NCBI GenBank assembly: GCA_951406725.2
Contig: OX597815.1
Span: 180,482,001 to 180,546,000, forward strand
Reading direction: 5' to 3'
Length of the DNA stretch: 64,000 bases
Source: Octopus vulgaris
Taxonomy: Eukaryota
Shown here: positions 50,479-63,520 of the stretch, piece after piece
How the letters are laid out: each line of letters begins with the position of its first letter
How positions within the stretch are numbered: the first letter of the stretch is position 1
Position numbers and translations under genes: made by a program
The notes under the pieces: generated by a model
What the model was told of the DNA's origin: nothing
What the model saw: only the letters and a program-made list of their open reading frames with translations
Databases searched by the model: none

Positions 50479-50814
50479 CAGAGTATCCCAACCTTTTCTG
50501 CCTCGAGGTACCTTTGCCAAGCCTTTCAGAAAACCACGGCGCCCCTATTAGAAAATCTAATATGACAGTCGTCTTTTTGATTCAACATTAATATAACAAG
50601 ACTTTGTCCCCGGATAACAACATCTGTGAAAGAAAACTACGTCCCTGGAATTGATCAAAGATTTTTCTTATTTCACCAATGTTAATATAATGACCATAAA
50701 ATAGACTCTAAATGGTCAATTATTATACTACGTACGTATGTATATTTCGTGGCACCCCCTCGGTTGACCTCGCGGAATCCCAGAGTGCCGCGACACACCG
50801 GTTGGGAACCTATG
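50479..50814. mobile_element. hAT-type MITE
   Basis: cag..tcccaacc / ggttgggaacctatg termini; 8-bp TSD ctctagac / ctctacac. Confidence 0.75.
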
Positions 50815-52214
50815 CTCTACACGGTCGCTCAACCCTTCAGAAACAGCAGTCAAATCTACCACAAATCATACTTAAGTCTTAACGAGTACAAATTTATTAA
50901 CGGAGCCCTAGATACTCTATACAGGAGAACAAAAGAGACGGAGTGATCATGCCTTTAATTATAGGCTTAATTAATTAGGGTTGACAAGGCTAATTGATTA
51001 GGGTTGACAAGGTTAATTTATCAGGGTTAACAAGAGAACTAATTAACAACACAAATATTTCCACTTACTACGTCTTTAAAATATTCCAGTTTTCCTTTAC
51101 AACCATCTTCCGTATAATTCCTCAGACGACTTGTCAGTTTTCGTTTCTCCTTCTTGTATTTTTCACAACAATCGTCCATAAAGCTCTCGTTAAACGACGA
51201 ACACGCCATCTTTTTTTTTATATTTCTAATTTGTTACAAGTTCGTTGAGTTTGATTTCAAATTTTTAATAAATAAAATATCAAACTAATATGGAAGTCTT
51301 CGATTTAGGTAGAGTTGTTTTTTTGTATCCAAATGAATTAATGATAAATAAAAAGCACTTAAGAATTTACTTTCTCGAATGTATATTTGAAAATATATCA
51401 AAATTACAACTGGAAGAAAAAAATACTGTGTCCTTCTCGAAATTTAAACATTTAGGTCTGTGAAATCTGCCGAAAGAGTTTCTTCGGATATGAAAATGTA
51501 TTAGTAAAATAAAAGTTCAAAGTCTTCTCTTTATAATAATAATAAACATCAGTAATTTAAAACAATAGGTACGATTGAACGTGAAATATATTTATAATGC
51601 AGTTGATATATGTTGAACAAATTAAAAATAAAATAGTTTCTGTCTTCTGGCATGATTTATAATGAATTCACAAATAAATAATAACCAATGAACTTTCACC
51701 GGTGAACTTTCGACAATTCCTTTTAGGCCAACACCCTTCGTTTGTTGGTTTATTCTATAATTGTTAAATATTGTTTACAAACTTGTGCTCTTATTAATTC
51801 CTCTTTGAATAGATACAAAATAGACTCTCTCCGTCTATCTGTTCGTCTGTTTTTTTTTGTTTTTGTTTTTTTTTTTTTGTTAAGGGAGGATATGTAGTTG
51901 ATAAAATCGACTCTGCCATATTATTGGTGCTTCAGTCTGAAGAATGATGAAATCCAACAGCAGAATTTCAGTTTAGAACGTGGAACATTGAGCTTACCCC
52001 AAATAGCGTTTACCCAACACCCCTACCCATATTTTACTCACACACACACACACACGCACATTATTTTAATCAAACAGAAATTAATTTTGCACAAATTTTT
52101 ATTGTCCCATCCAGCATGTTCTTCATTTTTGGTATTTGCCAAATGTTTAAATTTTAATAGAATGTTTAAATTTTACCTCCACTGTTTAAATTTTAATAGA
52201 AATTACTAAAGAAA

Positions 52215-52780
52215 GTGGGAGCACTCCGTCGGTTACGACAACGTGGATCCCAGCTGATCCGATCAACGGAACAGTTTGCTCGTGAAATTAACGTGCAAGT
52301 GGCTGAGCACTCCACAGACACGTGTACCCCTAACGTAGTTCTCAGGGAGATTCAGCTTGACACAGTGTGACAAAGCTGGTCCTTTGAAATACAGGTACTA
52401 CTCATTTTTGCCAGCTGAGTGAATTGGAGCAATGTAAAATAAAGTGTCTTGCTCAAGGACACAACACGTCGCCAGGAATTGAACTCACAACATCACAATC
52501 GTGAGTCGAATGCCCTAAACACTATGCCACGTGACTTCACAGTAAAAAAAAGTGAAGAGTGATTATTCGGGGTTTCTAAGGCGAGCTGGCAGAATCGTTA
52601 CCGCGCTGAGCAAAAAATGCTTTTTAACTGTGCTTACGTTCTGAGTTCAAATTCCGTCGAGCACGACTTTGACTTTGCTCCTTTCGGGATTGATAAGATA
52701 ATTACCAGTTGAGCACTGGGGCCGATGTAATCGATTTCCCCACTTCCCCCCAAATTGCTGGCTTTGTGCTATAATTTGAA
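52215..52780. mobile_element. Group C SINE (52215-52540, minus) and group B SINE (52578-52780, plus)
   Basis: Family motifs. Confidence 0.75.
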
Positions 52781-53248
52781 TGCTATATTTTAATCCCGAC
52801 AAAGATATTTTTTTGTTTGAAAATTTATTTAAATATTTCATTTGTAAGAAAATCGCTTCCCTTGTAAATACCCAGGAGCTCTTTATGAACTTGCGATGCT
52901 CACAATGAGATGCTGTTACTAAGAATAAGAAACCCTCGGAGAAGGTTAGCAATATTTCTAATTTGATGTTTTAAGAAAGCTATGAATAGTAATGGGTTCT
53001 CGGTTGGTGTCGACGATGAGCAATCAATTGCTCGATCCCATGACTTTCTCCTCGTGAAATTAACATGTAAGTGACTGCGTACTCATGTACTCTTAACACA
53101 ATTTTCGGACTCGAATCGCCATAAGACAAAATGCCAAGACTCGATTTACAATCCGGAGAGAGAGAAGGAGAGAGAGAAAGGGAGAGAGAGGGAGAAAGAG
53201 AGAAAGAGGAAGAGAAACAGAGAGAAAGAGACAGAGAGAGAGAGAAAG

Positions 53249-53315
<67 letters not shown>

Positions 53316-53787
53316 AGAACTGAGCTGGTACTTGTTTTATCTAATCTGGAGGAAAAGTAAAGTTGACTTTGGCGAGATTTGAACGCGGAAGAAGATGTTC
53401 TTTATTAAGCACTTGTCTGTGTGTCGTATGCTTAAAGCATGCGGCACACAAACATTCCCTTACACGACCATGCGTTTACTAGAAATAATTTTTAGTTATT
53501 TAAAAAATATCAGCATCCACATCGCAACACATATTCACTGTGTGTCTTAGGTAGACGTGCTCCTTTACCTCCTCCATTTCATCGCCTCCCACTTCGATTC
53601 AGCCTTTTGCTACGTTATACATTTGGCTTCAATGCGGTTCATTTTGAGACTCACTTCTAAGGGCGCGGTGGAAGGCACCCAGCTCAATAAAGAATTGGCT
53701 CAAAGCATAGTTAGACCATTACCATACGAGCCAGCATCTTCAATAGCACCGTCCCACCTGCACTTTATATATATAAACATATATATA

Positions 53788-53836
<49 letters not shown>

Positions 53837-53839
<3 letters not shown>

Positions 53840-54390
53840 TGAACAAAATAAAATAAAAACATGATGCGAAGGATTCAGCGGTACATATGTTTCGGGCCTT
53901 TATTAGACAGATTTATAACAAAGCATAATGTATGTCTGTGGCCTTCTTCAGCCGCGCACACAGCTTCCACAAGGACATGTGTTACATCAAAAATTCTTGG
54001 TTGGGGATGCAAATCCTCTCGTTCGCGTACGACATAATGCGGCAACAGCATAGAATTGAAGCGTCCATCTCTTTCTTAGAATCATTGAGAGAAGATGGAC
54101 GCTTCAATTCTATGCTGCTGCCGCATTATGTCGTACGTGAACGAGAGGATTTGCATCCCCAACCAAGAATTTTTGATGTAACACATGTCCTTGTGGAAGC
54201 TGTTATAGCGCGGCTGAAGAAGGCCACAGACATACATTATATAAATCTGTCTAATAAAGGCCGAAACATATGTACCGCTGAATCCTTCGCATCATGTTTT
54301 TATTTTATTTTGTTCAATTTACTCCACCACCTACACCACCAAACGGTATACACAGGTGCTTATAATTATCAAGTACTCACCCCGAATTTC
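53837..54390. mobile_element. Penelope-type foldback element with divergent hammerheads, in (TA)n
   Basis: Inverted arms 53837-54072 and 54090-54318; HHRs at 53878-53955(-) and 54210-54278(+): gcgg CTGAAGA a ggcc...ggcc GAAA catatg TA ccgc. Confidence 0.8.
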
Positions 54391-54394
54391 TATA

Positions 54395-54488
<94 letters not shown>

Positions 54489-54498
54489 TATATACATA

Positions 54499-54885
54499 CT
54501 AGCAGTATCGCCCGGCGTTGCTCGGGTTTGTAAGGGAAATAACTATAAAGCATTTTTAGAGAGTTATAGCCAAAAAATAGCAAAAACAATGGGAAAAAAA
54601 TGATGGTAGATTTTTTTGAGAGTTAAAAAGGTCGAGTTGCGTCCCCTAGACAGTTTGTGGTTTGTGATATGTTTCTGGTTCTCGACCCCATGTCGAATTT
54701 ATCGATTTTTTTCAGAACTGGGGGAACTTTTCAAAATTTTCGCTGCGTTAGTTTTGAATTATGACATTGGGCTATGTGTGTGTCAAGTTTCATCAGAATC
54801 GGTTGAAAGCCGTGGTCAGAGTGAGGGTACAAGAAAACAGACACACAGAAACACGCACTGACAAACTGCCGTTTATATATAGAGA
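54499..54885 (-). mobile_element. Non-autonomous Helitron
   Basis: 5' TC start, 3' cccgagcaacgccggg hairpin then CTAG, A|T target. Confidence 0.8.
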
Positions 54886-54976
54886 TATATATATATACAT
54901 ATATATATATATACATATATATGCATATATATATACATATACATATATATACATATATATATACATATATATATAC

Positions 54977-55020
<44 letters not shown>

Positions 55021-55101
55021 ATAGGTAAACAGTAAAAATAATTACAGACATGGACAAGAACATGAAACGCCACAGAGACGACACAAGAACCACAGGACGG
55101 G

Positions 55102-55248
55102 ACATTCGAAGCCCTCAGTCATCAGTCAAGAACCAGATCATCTTAGCAATTTCGGCTGATTAATCTTGAGATTGCTCCGATATGGGCAGCCCGCCACGGG
55201 AAATCTAAGCCAAGTGCATTAGATCCCCTGGAAGAAAGCTTCGAATGT
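55102..55248 (-). ncRNA. Structured RNA motif with rearranged hammerhead core elements (copy B), in (TA)n-flanked element ~55023-55400
   Basis: gcaaTC tcaaga ttaa tcagcc GAAA ttgc ... tcttga CTGATGA, enclosed by acattcgaagc / gcttcgaatgt. Confidence 0.55.
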
Positions 55249-55413
55249 ATACAACACGAGGACGGAAAACGAACGAAGTACACGAACAAAAATACAGAAT
55301 ACGTGACAACAATAAGAATACAAAAACGTAAAAACAATAACGGTAAAAATAAAGTATAAAAAATAATAAACAACAAAACAAAACCAGGACGTAGGACAAA
55401 TATATACATATAT

Positions 55414-55525
<112 letters not shown>

Positions 55526-55965
55526 GTGGGTGATGAAAATTTATAAATACTTACAAATTTATATAAGTACATTGGAAATTACAAGAATTTAAATCGTAAA
55601 TAAATATTTGTTAAAAGTACAAATAAATATGAAATTATATAAACGTTTGTAATTCATTCTACTTTTTTTAAAAAGCAATTTGAGATGAAGTTATTCCGGT
55701 CGACGGATGCGCCGATCGCAAATAAACTGTAATGTTATCTTGGGTTATCAAATGTTTTGCCGATTCGTTGTAGAAATTGGAAACCTCGAAGTTCCTCATT
55801 TGTTTCAGCTGAAAGTTTTAGCATCTTGGTTGTCTGGTTCCGATTCATGAACAGCGTTGTCTGAATGTGGGATGAATCCGGATTATAAGGATCAAGACTG
55901 ACATGTGAATGAGAGAAAGAGGATAGATAGAAGCGGAGAGAGAAGGGGGACAGAAGGAGAAACAG

Positions 55966-56011
<46 letters not shown>

Positions 56012-56416
56012 GTGGTGGAGAGAAGTGGGGATGAGAAAGAGAGAGGGAGACGATAGGATAACGGAATATGGTTCTAATTTCCTTCTTCTCGAGTTCTGTC
56101 CTGGAACACATAAGGACGAATAATCGGCTTTCACGGCATATTAAAAAATTAGCTCTCCATCGGTTATGACGACGAGGCTTCCGGTCGATCCGATCAACGA
56201 AACAGCCTACTGGTGAAATTAACGTGCAAGTGGCTGAGCACTCCACAGACACAGAGACCCTTAACGAAGTTCTCAGGGAGATTCAGCGTGACACAGAATG
56301 TAACAAGACTGGGCCCTTTGCACTACAGGAACCCATTAGCAAAGAAAGGCATTTCATAAGAAAGTATCGACCGAGTCTAAATTGTTTAAGCTCGGAACAC
56401 TGAAACTATATGTATA

Positions 56417-56816
56417 TCTTTATATATAAAAGTGAAGTTGTGTGTCTGTCTCCTACGATTTAGATTCCTAACTACTCCCACATTTTGCGGTGCAGTTTAA
56501 CCAAAAGCGGGTATCTTATAGTCGTGATTCATATCGAGCCCTTCTGGGTATTAGCGCGCGTCTACGATGAGTCTACGATTTAAAAAATAATTTACCATCA
56601 TTTTTTTCCATTTTAATGCATTTTTTCGCTATTATATAAGGGAAGTAACTCTCTAAAAATGTCTACGATGAGTCAACGATTTAAAAAAAAATTTACCATC
56701 ATTTTTTTTTTCCATTTTTAATGCATTTTTTTGCTATTTTTTGGCTATAACTCTCTAAAAATGCTTATATAGTTATTTCCCTTACAAACCCGAGCAACGC
56801 CGGGCGATACTGCTAG
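56417..56816 (+). mobile_element. Non-autonomous Helitron
   Basis: A|TCTTTATATATAAAAG start, subterminal hairpin, CTAG|T end, no TSD. Confidence 0.85.
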
Positions 56817-57286
56817 TTATTCATAAGAAATAAAGATAAGAGATTAAATAAATCTATTTCTGTGAAAACCTCACGAGAGATAACTTTACGACGACTGTCA
56901 TTGCTACAACCGCTTATTGGACTACTACGGCCACGCCTTTTGAAGACAATTTTGACCACACTACTTAATTTACCATCACAGACAACAGCTGAAATTACTA
57001 CTAGCAATATCACGAAAATTAATGGAAATTACCACGTGCTCTTACAGGAAAACGAAAAGTACATTATGAACGTTTATTTCATTGATAATCTTTCTCCTCT
57101 ACATATTTCATTTAAGTACATATTTTTGATAAGGTTTATAAACAACCGAAACATGTAAAACAAAATCATGTTTTAAATGTAAATATATAAAGAAATTTAA
57201 ATGTACCTAATTTTAAAAAAGGAGCATTTTTCATAAATATCTACTTACTCGTGTGTTACCTCTACATTTTCAAATATATATACATA

Positions 57287-58183
57287 CTAGCAGTATCGCC
57301 CGGCGTTGCTCGGGTTTGTAAGGGAAATAACTATATAACCACTTTTAGAGAGTTATAGCCAAAAAGTAGCAAAAAATGCATTAAAAATGGGAAAAAAATG
57401 ATGGTAAATTTTTTTTTAAATCGTTGACTCATCGTAGACATTTTTAGAGAGTTACTTCCCTTATATAATAGCGAAAAAATGCATTAAAATGGAAAAAAAT
57501 TATGGTAAATTTTTTTTAAAATCGTAGACTCATTGTAGACGCGCGCTAATACCCAGAAGGGCTCGATATGAATCACGACTATAAGATACCCGGTTTTGGT
57601 TAAACTGCACAGCAAAATGTGGGAGTAGTTAGGAATCTAAATCGTAGGAGACAGACACACAACTTCACTTTTATATATATATAGTAGCAGTATCGCCCGG
57701 CGTTGCTCGGGTTTGTAAGGGAAATAACTATATAAGCATTTTTAGAGAGTTACTTCCCTTATAAATTCGGGCTTTCTTAGCCATTTTTGTTTTGGTGTCT
57801 TCAAGCCATGAAGTCGTTGTTCTAAAAGAACGCTGGTTTCCTTCACAACGCATTACGACGTTGATTTCTTTACACTCCCTTCCCCACAGCTTCACGAGGG
57901 AGGGAAGGGGGAGAAGCAAACAGGTGCAGCGAGCGTGGACGCCAACTCCGCCGCCATCGACACACGATGCATTTTATGCATTAAAATGGAATAAAAAATG
58001 ATGTTAAATTATTTTTAAAATCGTAGACTCATCGTTGACGCGCGCTAATACTCAGACGGGCTCGATATGAATCACGACTATAAGATACCCGAATTTGGTT
58101 AAACTGCACCGCAAAATGTGGGAGGAGTTAGGAATCTAAATCGAAGGGGACAGACACTCACACAACTATAGTTTTATATATAT

Positions 58184-58186
<3 letters not shown>
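57287..58186 (-). mobile_element. Two head-to-tail non-autonomous Helitrons (57287-57681 and 57683-58186)
   Basis: Same termini as 56417-56816 in reverse orientation. Confidence 0.85.
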
Positions 58187-58224
<38 letters not shown>

Positions 58225-58438
58225 ATAAATGTGGAACAAGGTGGAAAAAACAGTACTGAAATATCAGAGGTAGAGTAATATGCTTTATTTAAAAGCAGCA
58301 GAAATTTAACAAAAGCTGTTACTCGGAGTTTCGCGTTCCCGTTCGTCGGTCAGTTTGTCCGACGAAACTGTCCGACGAACGGGAACGTGAAACTCCGAGT
58401 AACAGCTTTTGTTAAATTTCTGCTGCTTTTTAAATAAA

Positions 58439-58440
<2 letters not shown>
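58225..58440. mobile_element. Penelope-type foldback element with CCGACGA-core hammerheads, in (TA)n
   Basis: ctgt CCGACGA acg-ggaa-cgt GAAA ctccgag TA acag at 58368-58405(+), mirror at 58316-58353(-). Confidence 0.7.
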
Positions 58441-58487
<47 letters not shown>

Positions 58488-58831
58488 TAGATAGATAGAT
58501 AGATATACATATATATAGATATTATGTATTTCTGTATCTGTGTTTGTCCCCACCATCGCTTGACAACCGATGTTGGTGTGTTTACGTCCCTGTAACTTAG
58601 CGGTTCGGCAAAAATGACCGATAGAATAAATACTAGGCTTACAAAAAGTAGTGTCCGGGGTCGATTTCTTCGACTAAAAGCCGCAATCAAATGACTGAAA
58701 CAAGTAAAAGAATATAAGCTTGAACGAAATGCTGGTAAGCATTTTGGCCAAAGTGCTAACGTTTCTGCGAGTGCGCTGCCTTGAATTTCTCGTAAAAAAA
58801 AAAAAGGAAAAATAGAGAGAATATGTTAGTT

Positions 58832-58918
58832 TGAGGTACGAGCGATGAGGTACGCTTGATGAGGTACGCTTGATGAGGTACGCTCGGTGAGGTACGCTCG
58901 ATGAGGTACGCTCGATGA
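58832..58918 (+). repeat. 14-bp minisatellite, six units
   Basis: tgaggtacgctcga consensus. Confidence 0.9.
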
Positions 58919-59106
58919 ATTTACATCATTGCAAGGGCTAATAATTAAACCACTGCAGGTTTGCACCATTCACTGGAAAGTTTCTCACTTGATTCGGCTC
59001 TCACCCTAGAATTCTTGAGGACGAAGCATGTTTGCGCAAATGTTTAACATGTAAGGACGCATTTGTCTCGTAATGTGTGTATATGTATATATGTTGGCAT
59101 GTAAAC

Positions 59107-59150
<44 letters not shown>

Positions 59151-59387
59151 ATGAGTTTGTATGAGTGTGCGAGTGTATGTAGGTGTCTATGTATATATGA
59201 TAGGCGGATTCCTGTTGTAAAGCTGGGGAAATAAATCCTTATAAGGTGTGTATTACATTGAAAGAAATAAAAAAAGACAGAAAACAAAAAAGAACTTTGA
59301 TTTACGACACAACCCTAAATGTTTGCATGGTCTACCGACAGTAAACCTCGTCGTGTTTCGTTCTCAATGTTTATTTTCTTACTTCTT

Positions 59388-59470
<83 letters not shown>

Positions 59471-59630
59471 ACGCACACACAAGTATATTTTTAAGCATAT
59501 AAACATTTTCTCGCTCGCAAACATATACTCCTATTCTCACAGCCATATATGAATCTATGCATGTAGCATGGATGTATGTATGAATCTACGTATACACGCA
59601 TATATGTATACATCTACGTCCATATATGCA

Positions 59631-59669
<39 letters not shown>

Positions 59670-59940
59670 TGTACTATTTGCTTGTTGACAGGGTCAGTAA
59701 AAAGTATTCAATCCATTAAGAGACGGAGCGATTAAGAGAAAAATACGGTAAAAAACGTTTTTTAAACATTTTTCTCGCATTTTTTTACTCGTTTTCACCC
59801 TCATATACTCACAGAATTGACATGTTATTTGAGCCCAATCGATTGACGGGTCAGGCACAGTACGCCATGCAAACCCGTCCGATTATTACACTATCTGGAC
59901 CTGAAACTTGAAGTAGCTCACATATAACTATATGTATATA

Positions 59941-59980
<40 letters not shown>

Positions 59981-59983
59981 CAA

Positions 59984-60672
59984 AAATTAGTAAATAAATG
60001 GCACAACTAAGTACCGATATTTACTGGAAATAGCGAACGTAAAAATACGACGCTAATGTGTAGCTTCACCGCGTATGTATTAGCAAAAATGCGTGTGTGC
60101 AACAAAATAGAGAAAAAAACCGTCTTACCTCCAGGGAGAACATCTGAAAGATGAAACACCCGGAAAATGGATAATGTGGTACCTGCAGGTTTCAGGTTTT
60201 GCAAGATATGTCTCTCACTCATATTTTGCTTTACCTTCTTCAGCCAAACATATACCAAGACGAAATCTACGATGTTACCACATTAATACTAACACACTCG
60301 ACTGAAATACGGAACGCTAACAGTACGAGAAACGGTGAAGAAGTTTCAAAATATCAGTAATGCAATACAAAGTATTACCTTCCAGTAAAAAGTAGCCCGT
60401 GAGGGAAAAATACACAAATTAGTAAATAAATGGCACAACTAAGTACCGATATTTACTGGAAATAGCGAACGTAAAAATACGACGCTAATGTGTAGCTTCA
60501 CCGCGTATGTATTAGCAAAAATGCGTGTGTGCAACAAAATAGAGAAAAAAACCGTCTTACCTCCAGGGAGAACATCTGAAAGATGAAACACCCGGAAAAT
60601 GGATAATGTGGTACCTGCAGGTTTCAGGTTTTGCAAGATATGTCTCTCACTCATATTTTGCTTTACCTTCTT
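59984..60672. repeat. 257-bp direct duplication (59984-60240 and 60416-60672)
   Basis: Apparently identical copies, 432-bp offset; duplicated ORFs in the track. Confidence 0.9.
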
Positions 60673-60749
60673 ATAAATAATTAAAGAAGGAAAATGCACA
60701 CACTTTACATATTTTTCATGTATTTTTTTAATATATTTTATATTGTATT

Positions 60750-60782
60750 TGTCGACCGGTTTCGCCTTCGCTAATCATGACA
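60750..60782 (-). ncRNA. 33-nt minimal hammerhead with A3:U8 core
   Basis: tgtc ATGATTA gc-gaag-gc GAAA ccgg TC gaca; palindromic stem III ACCGGT, GUC site. Confidence 0.65.
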
Positions 60783-61159
60783 TTAAAAATTATTTAATTA
60801 CGTATTTTCTTAAGAAAATTTTTGTTGTTGTGTGTGGAGTTTATGAATGAATGATTCAACAAGTAAAAAAATCTAAGGGAAGGTAATTGGTTATCGTTAT
60901 TATCGTGGACAGAGGAATATATATATATATATATTTACAAATATTCAAATATTAGTGTAGTGGGGAGAAATATGTACTGTGATGGGTATGTAATCGTGAA
61001 TTACAATATGTATAGAAGTCGGAGTTGGTTATGCGTGCATATTTAGACGTGTTCTCTGTTTTTCGATTAATTTTCTTTTCTTTATTTAAAAGTTCTTGTA
61101 TAGAAATTGTATCTTTGCACTGATAGAAGGGGAAAACTGTGAAAATAGTCAATATATAC

Positions 61160-61740
<581 letters not shown>

Positions 61741-62229
61741 CATCCACATGCATATATAATGTTCTTATTCAATGCTATATCTTTCACAAACATGCTCCAC
61801 CGCAGTTTGCGTTGCCGTTTTCATCAGGTGATCATGAAGTAATAACGCGACACACCCAGCTGCGATCCGTTAAGACACAGCCTTGAAGAAAACTCGTTCC
61901 ACTCTGTCTAACGCTATTGAGTACTCTTTCTCTTAATTGTACACACTATCTTCTTTTCTCAGCTGATGCTTATATGTATGTGCGCGCGCGCATGTGTGTG
62001 AGTGTGAGTGTGTGTGTACTTACATATGCAAGTACTGTTTGTGTGCGTGACTGTATGCATATCCTAGCGCGTACGTAAGTGCAAGCACATGCTCCCTCCT
62101 CCGCCACTTACACACATACGCGCTCTCGTATAGTGCAGTGAATCTATCATTTTATTCCAGTTTGTCTTACGTAAATATTTACGCTAAAAAATCTGCAGCC
62201 AAATGATTAAAGTAATATTGAAACAACGC

Positions 62230-63520
62230 CCAGATGATACCACCCTCTATTCCTCCCTGACCTTCGTCGTCTAAGCTTCACGCATATGCAACCTAGAGAC
62301 CTCACACCATATGCGCACTGATTATACGAACACAGGCCTTCTAAACAGCCTTCAATTGGGCCATACCAATCTCGTCTCTTTTAACGGCACAAAGACACTA
62401 TCGCTCTACATCAACAACAAGAAACTACGACCTTCAGAGTCACCTCAAATGCTACATCTTATCATGACTGAGCATCTCTTCAAGTGGACATCGATGCTCA
62501 GCATCACCAAATCTGCTTCATAAGGACTGGTTTTCCTCTATAGAGCTAGAAATATTTTCAAATCACAGCAATTACAAACTCACTGCAAACTCCAGATGGG
62601 GGCGACGATGGTGTACCGTCTTCATAAATGGATATTATTTTCTTTTCTACTCTAGGCACAAGGCTTGAAATTTTGGAGGAAGGGGCCAGTCGATTAGATC
62701 GACACCAGTGCGCAACTGGTACTTATTTAATCGACCCCGCGACGGAATTTGAACACAGAACATAAAGACAGATGAAATACCTATTTCTTTACTACCCACA
62801 AGGGGCTACACACAGACGGGACAAACAAGGACAGACAAACGGATTAAGTCGATTATATCGACCCCAGTGCATAACTGGTACTTAATTTATCGACCCCGAA
62901 AGGGTGAAAGGCAAAGTCGACCTCGGCGGAATTTGAACTCAGAATGTAGCGGCAGACGAAATACCGCTACGCATTTCGCCCGGCGTGCTAACGTTTCTTA
63001 TTTCTTTATTACCCACAAGGGGCTAAACACAGAGGGGACAAACAAGGACAGACAAACGGATTAAATCGATTACATCGACCCCAGTGCGTAACTGGTACTC
63101 AATTTATCGACCTCGAAAGGATGAAAGGTAAAGTCGACCTCGGCGGAATTTGAACTCAGAATGTAGCGGCAGACGAAATACCGCTACGCATTTCGCCCGG
63201 CATGCTAACGCTTCTGCCAGTTCGCTGCCTTGTTTTCATACAGGGATATTGGCAGCTGCTGTGGACATAGAAATCCTGGACTGAAACCAAAGAAAGGTCA
63301 TTCTGCTAATTGGCGCTCAGTTACTTATCGGTTCCAGTCCGTAGGCATACTGTTTCCTTGCTCTACCTTTTATACTGTTATTTCAGCGGCCTCTGTTCTT
63401 CGGAGATGGCTGGTCTTGCTCAACCTCTTCACACCACTTTGAGATTTACTCGTGGTTCGTCTTCTTGTCTATCTCACAAATCATGCGAAGGCCATGAGCA
63501 TAGTTCCTTTCTCTAATGGA
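62230..63520 (+). pseudogene. Decayed CR1/Jockey-group LINE RT C-terminus, split by group B SINE array (62640-63231, minus)
   Basis: NLVSFNGTKT, SITKSAS*GLVFLYRARNIF and RRHTVSLLYLLYCYFSGLCSSEM remnants. Confidence 0.65.

Noticed and set aside
53932-54603. 223-aa ORF
   Set aside because: Runs through a foldback, a (TA)n tract and a Helitron end; no RT or GIY-YIG motif recognised.
61795-61832. CTGATGA...AAA ctgcgg T hammerhead-like motif (minus)
   Set aside because: G12 missing, no valid UH, stem I does not pair; at best a decayed relic.
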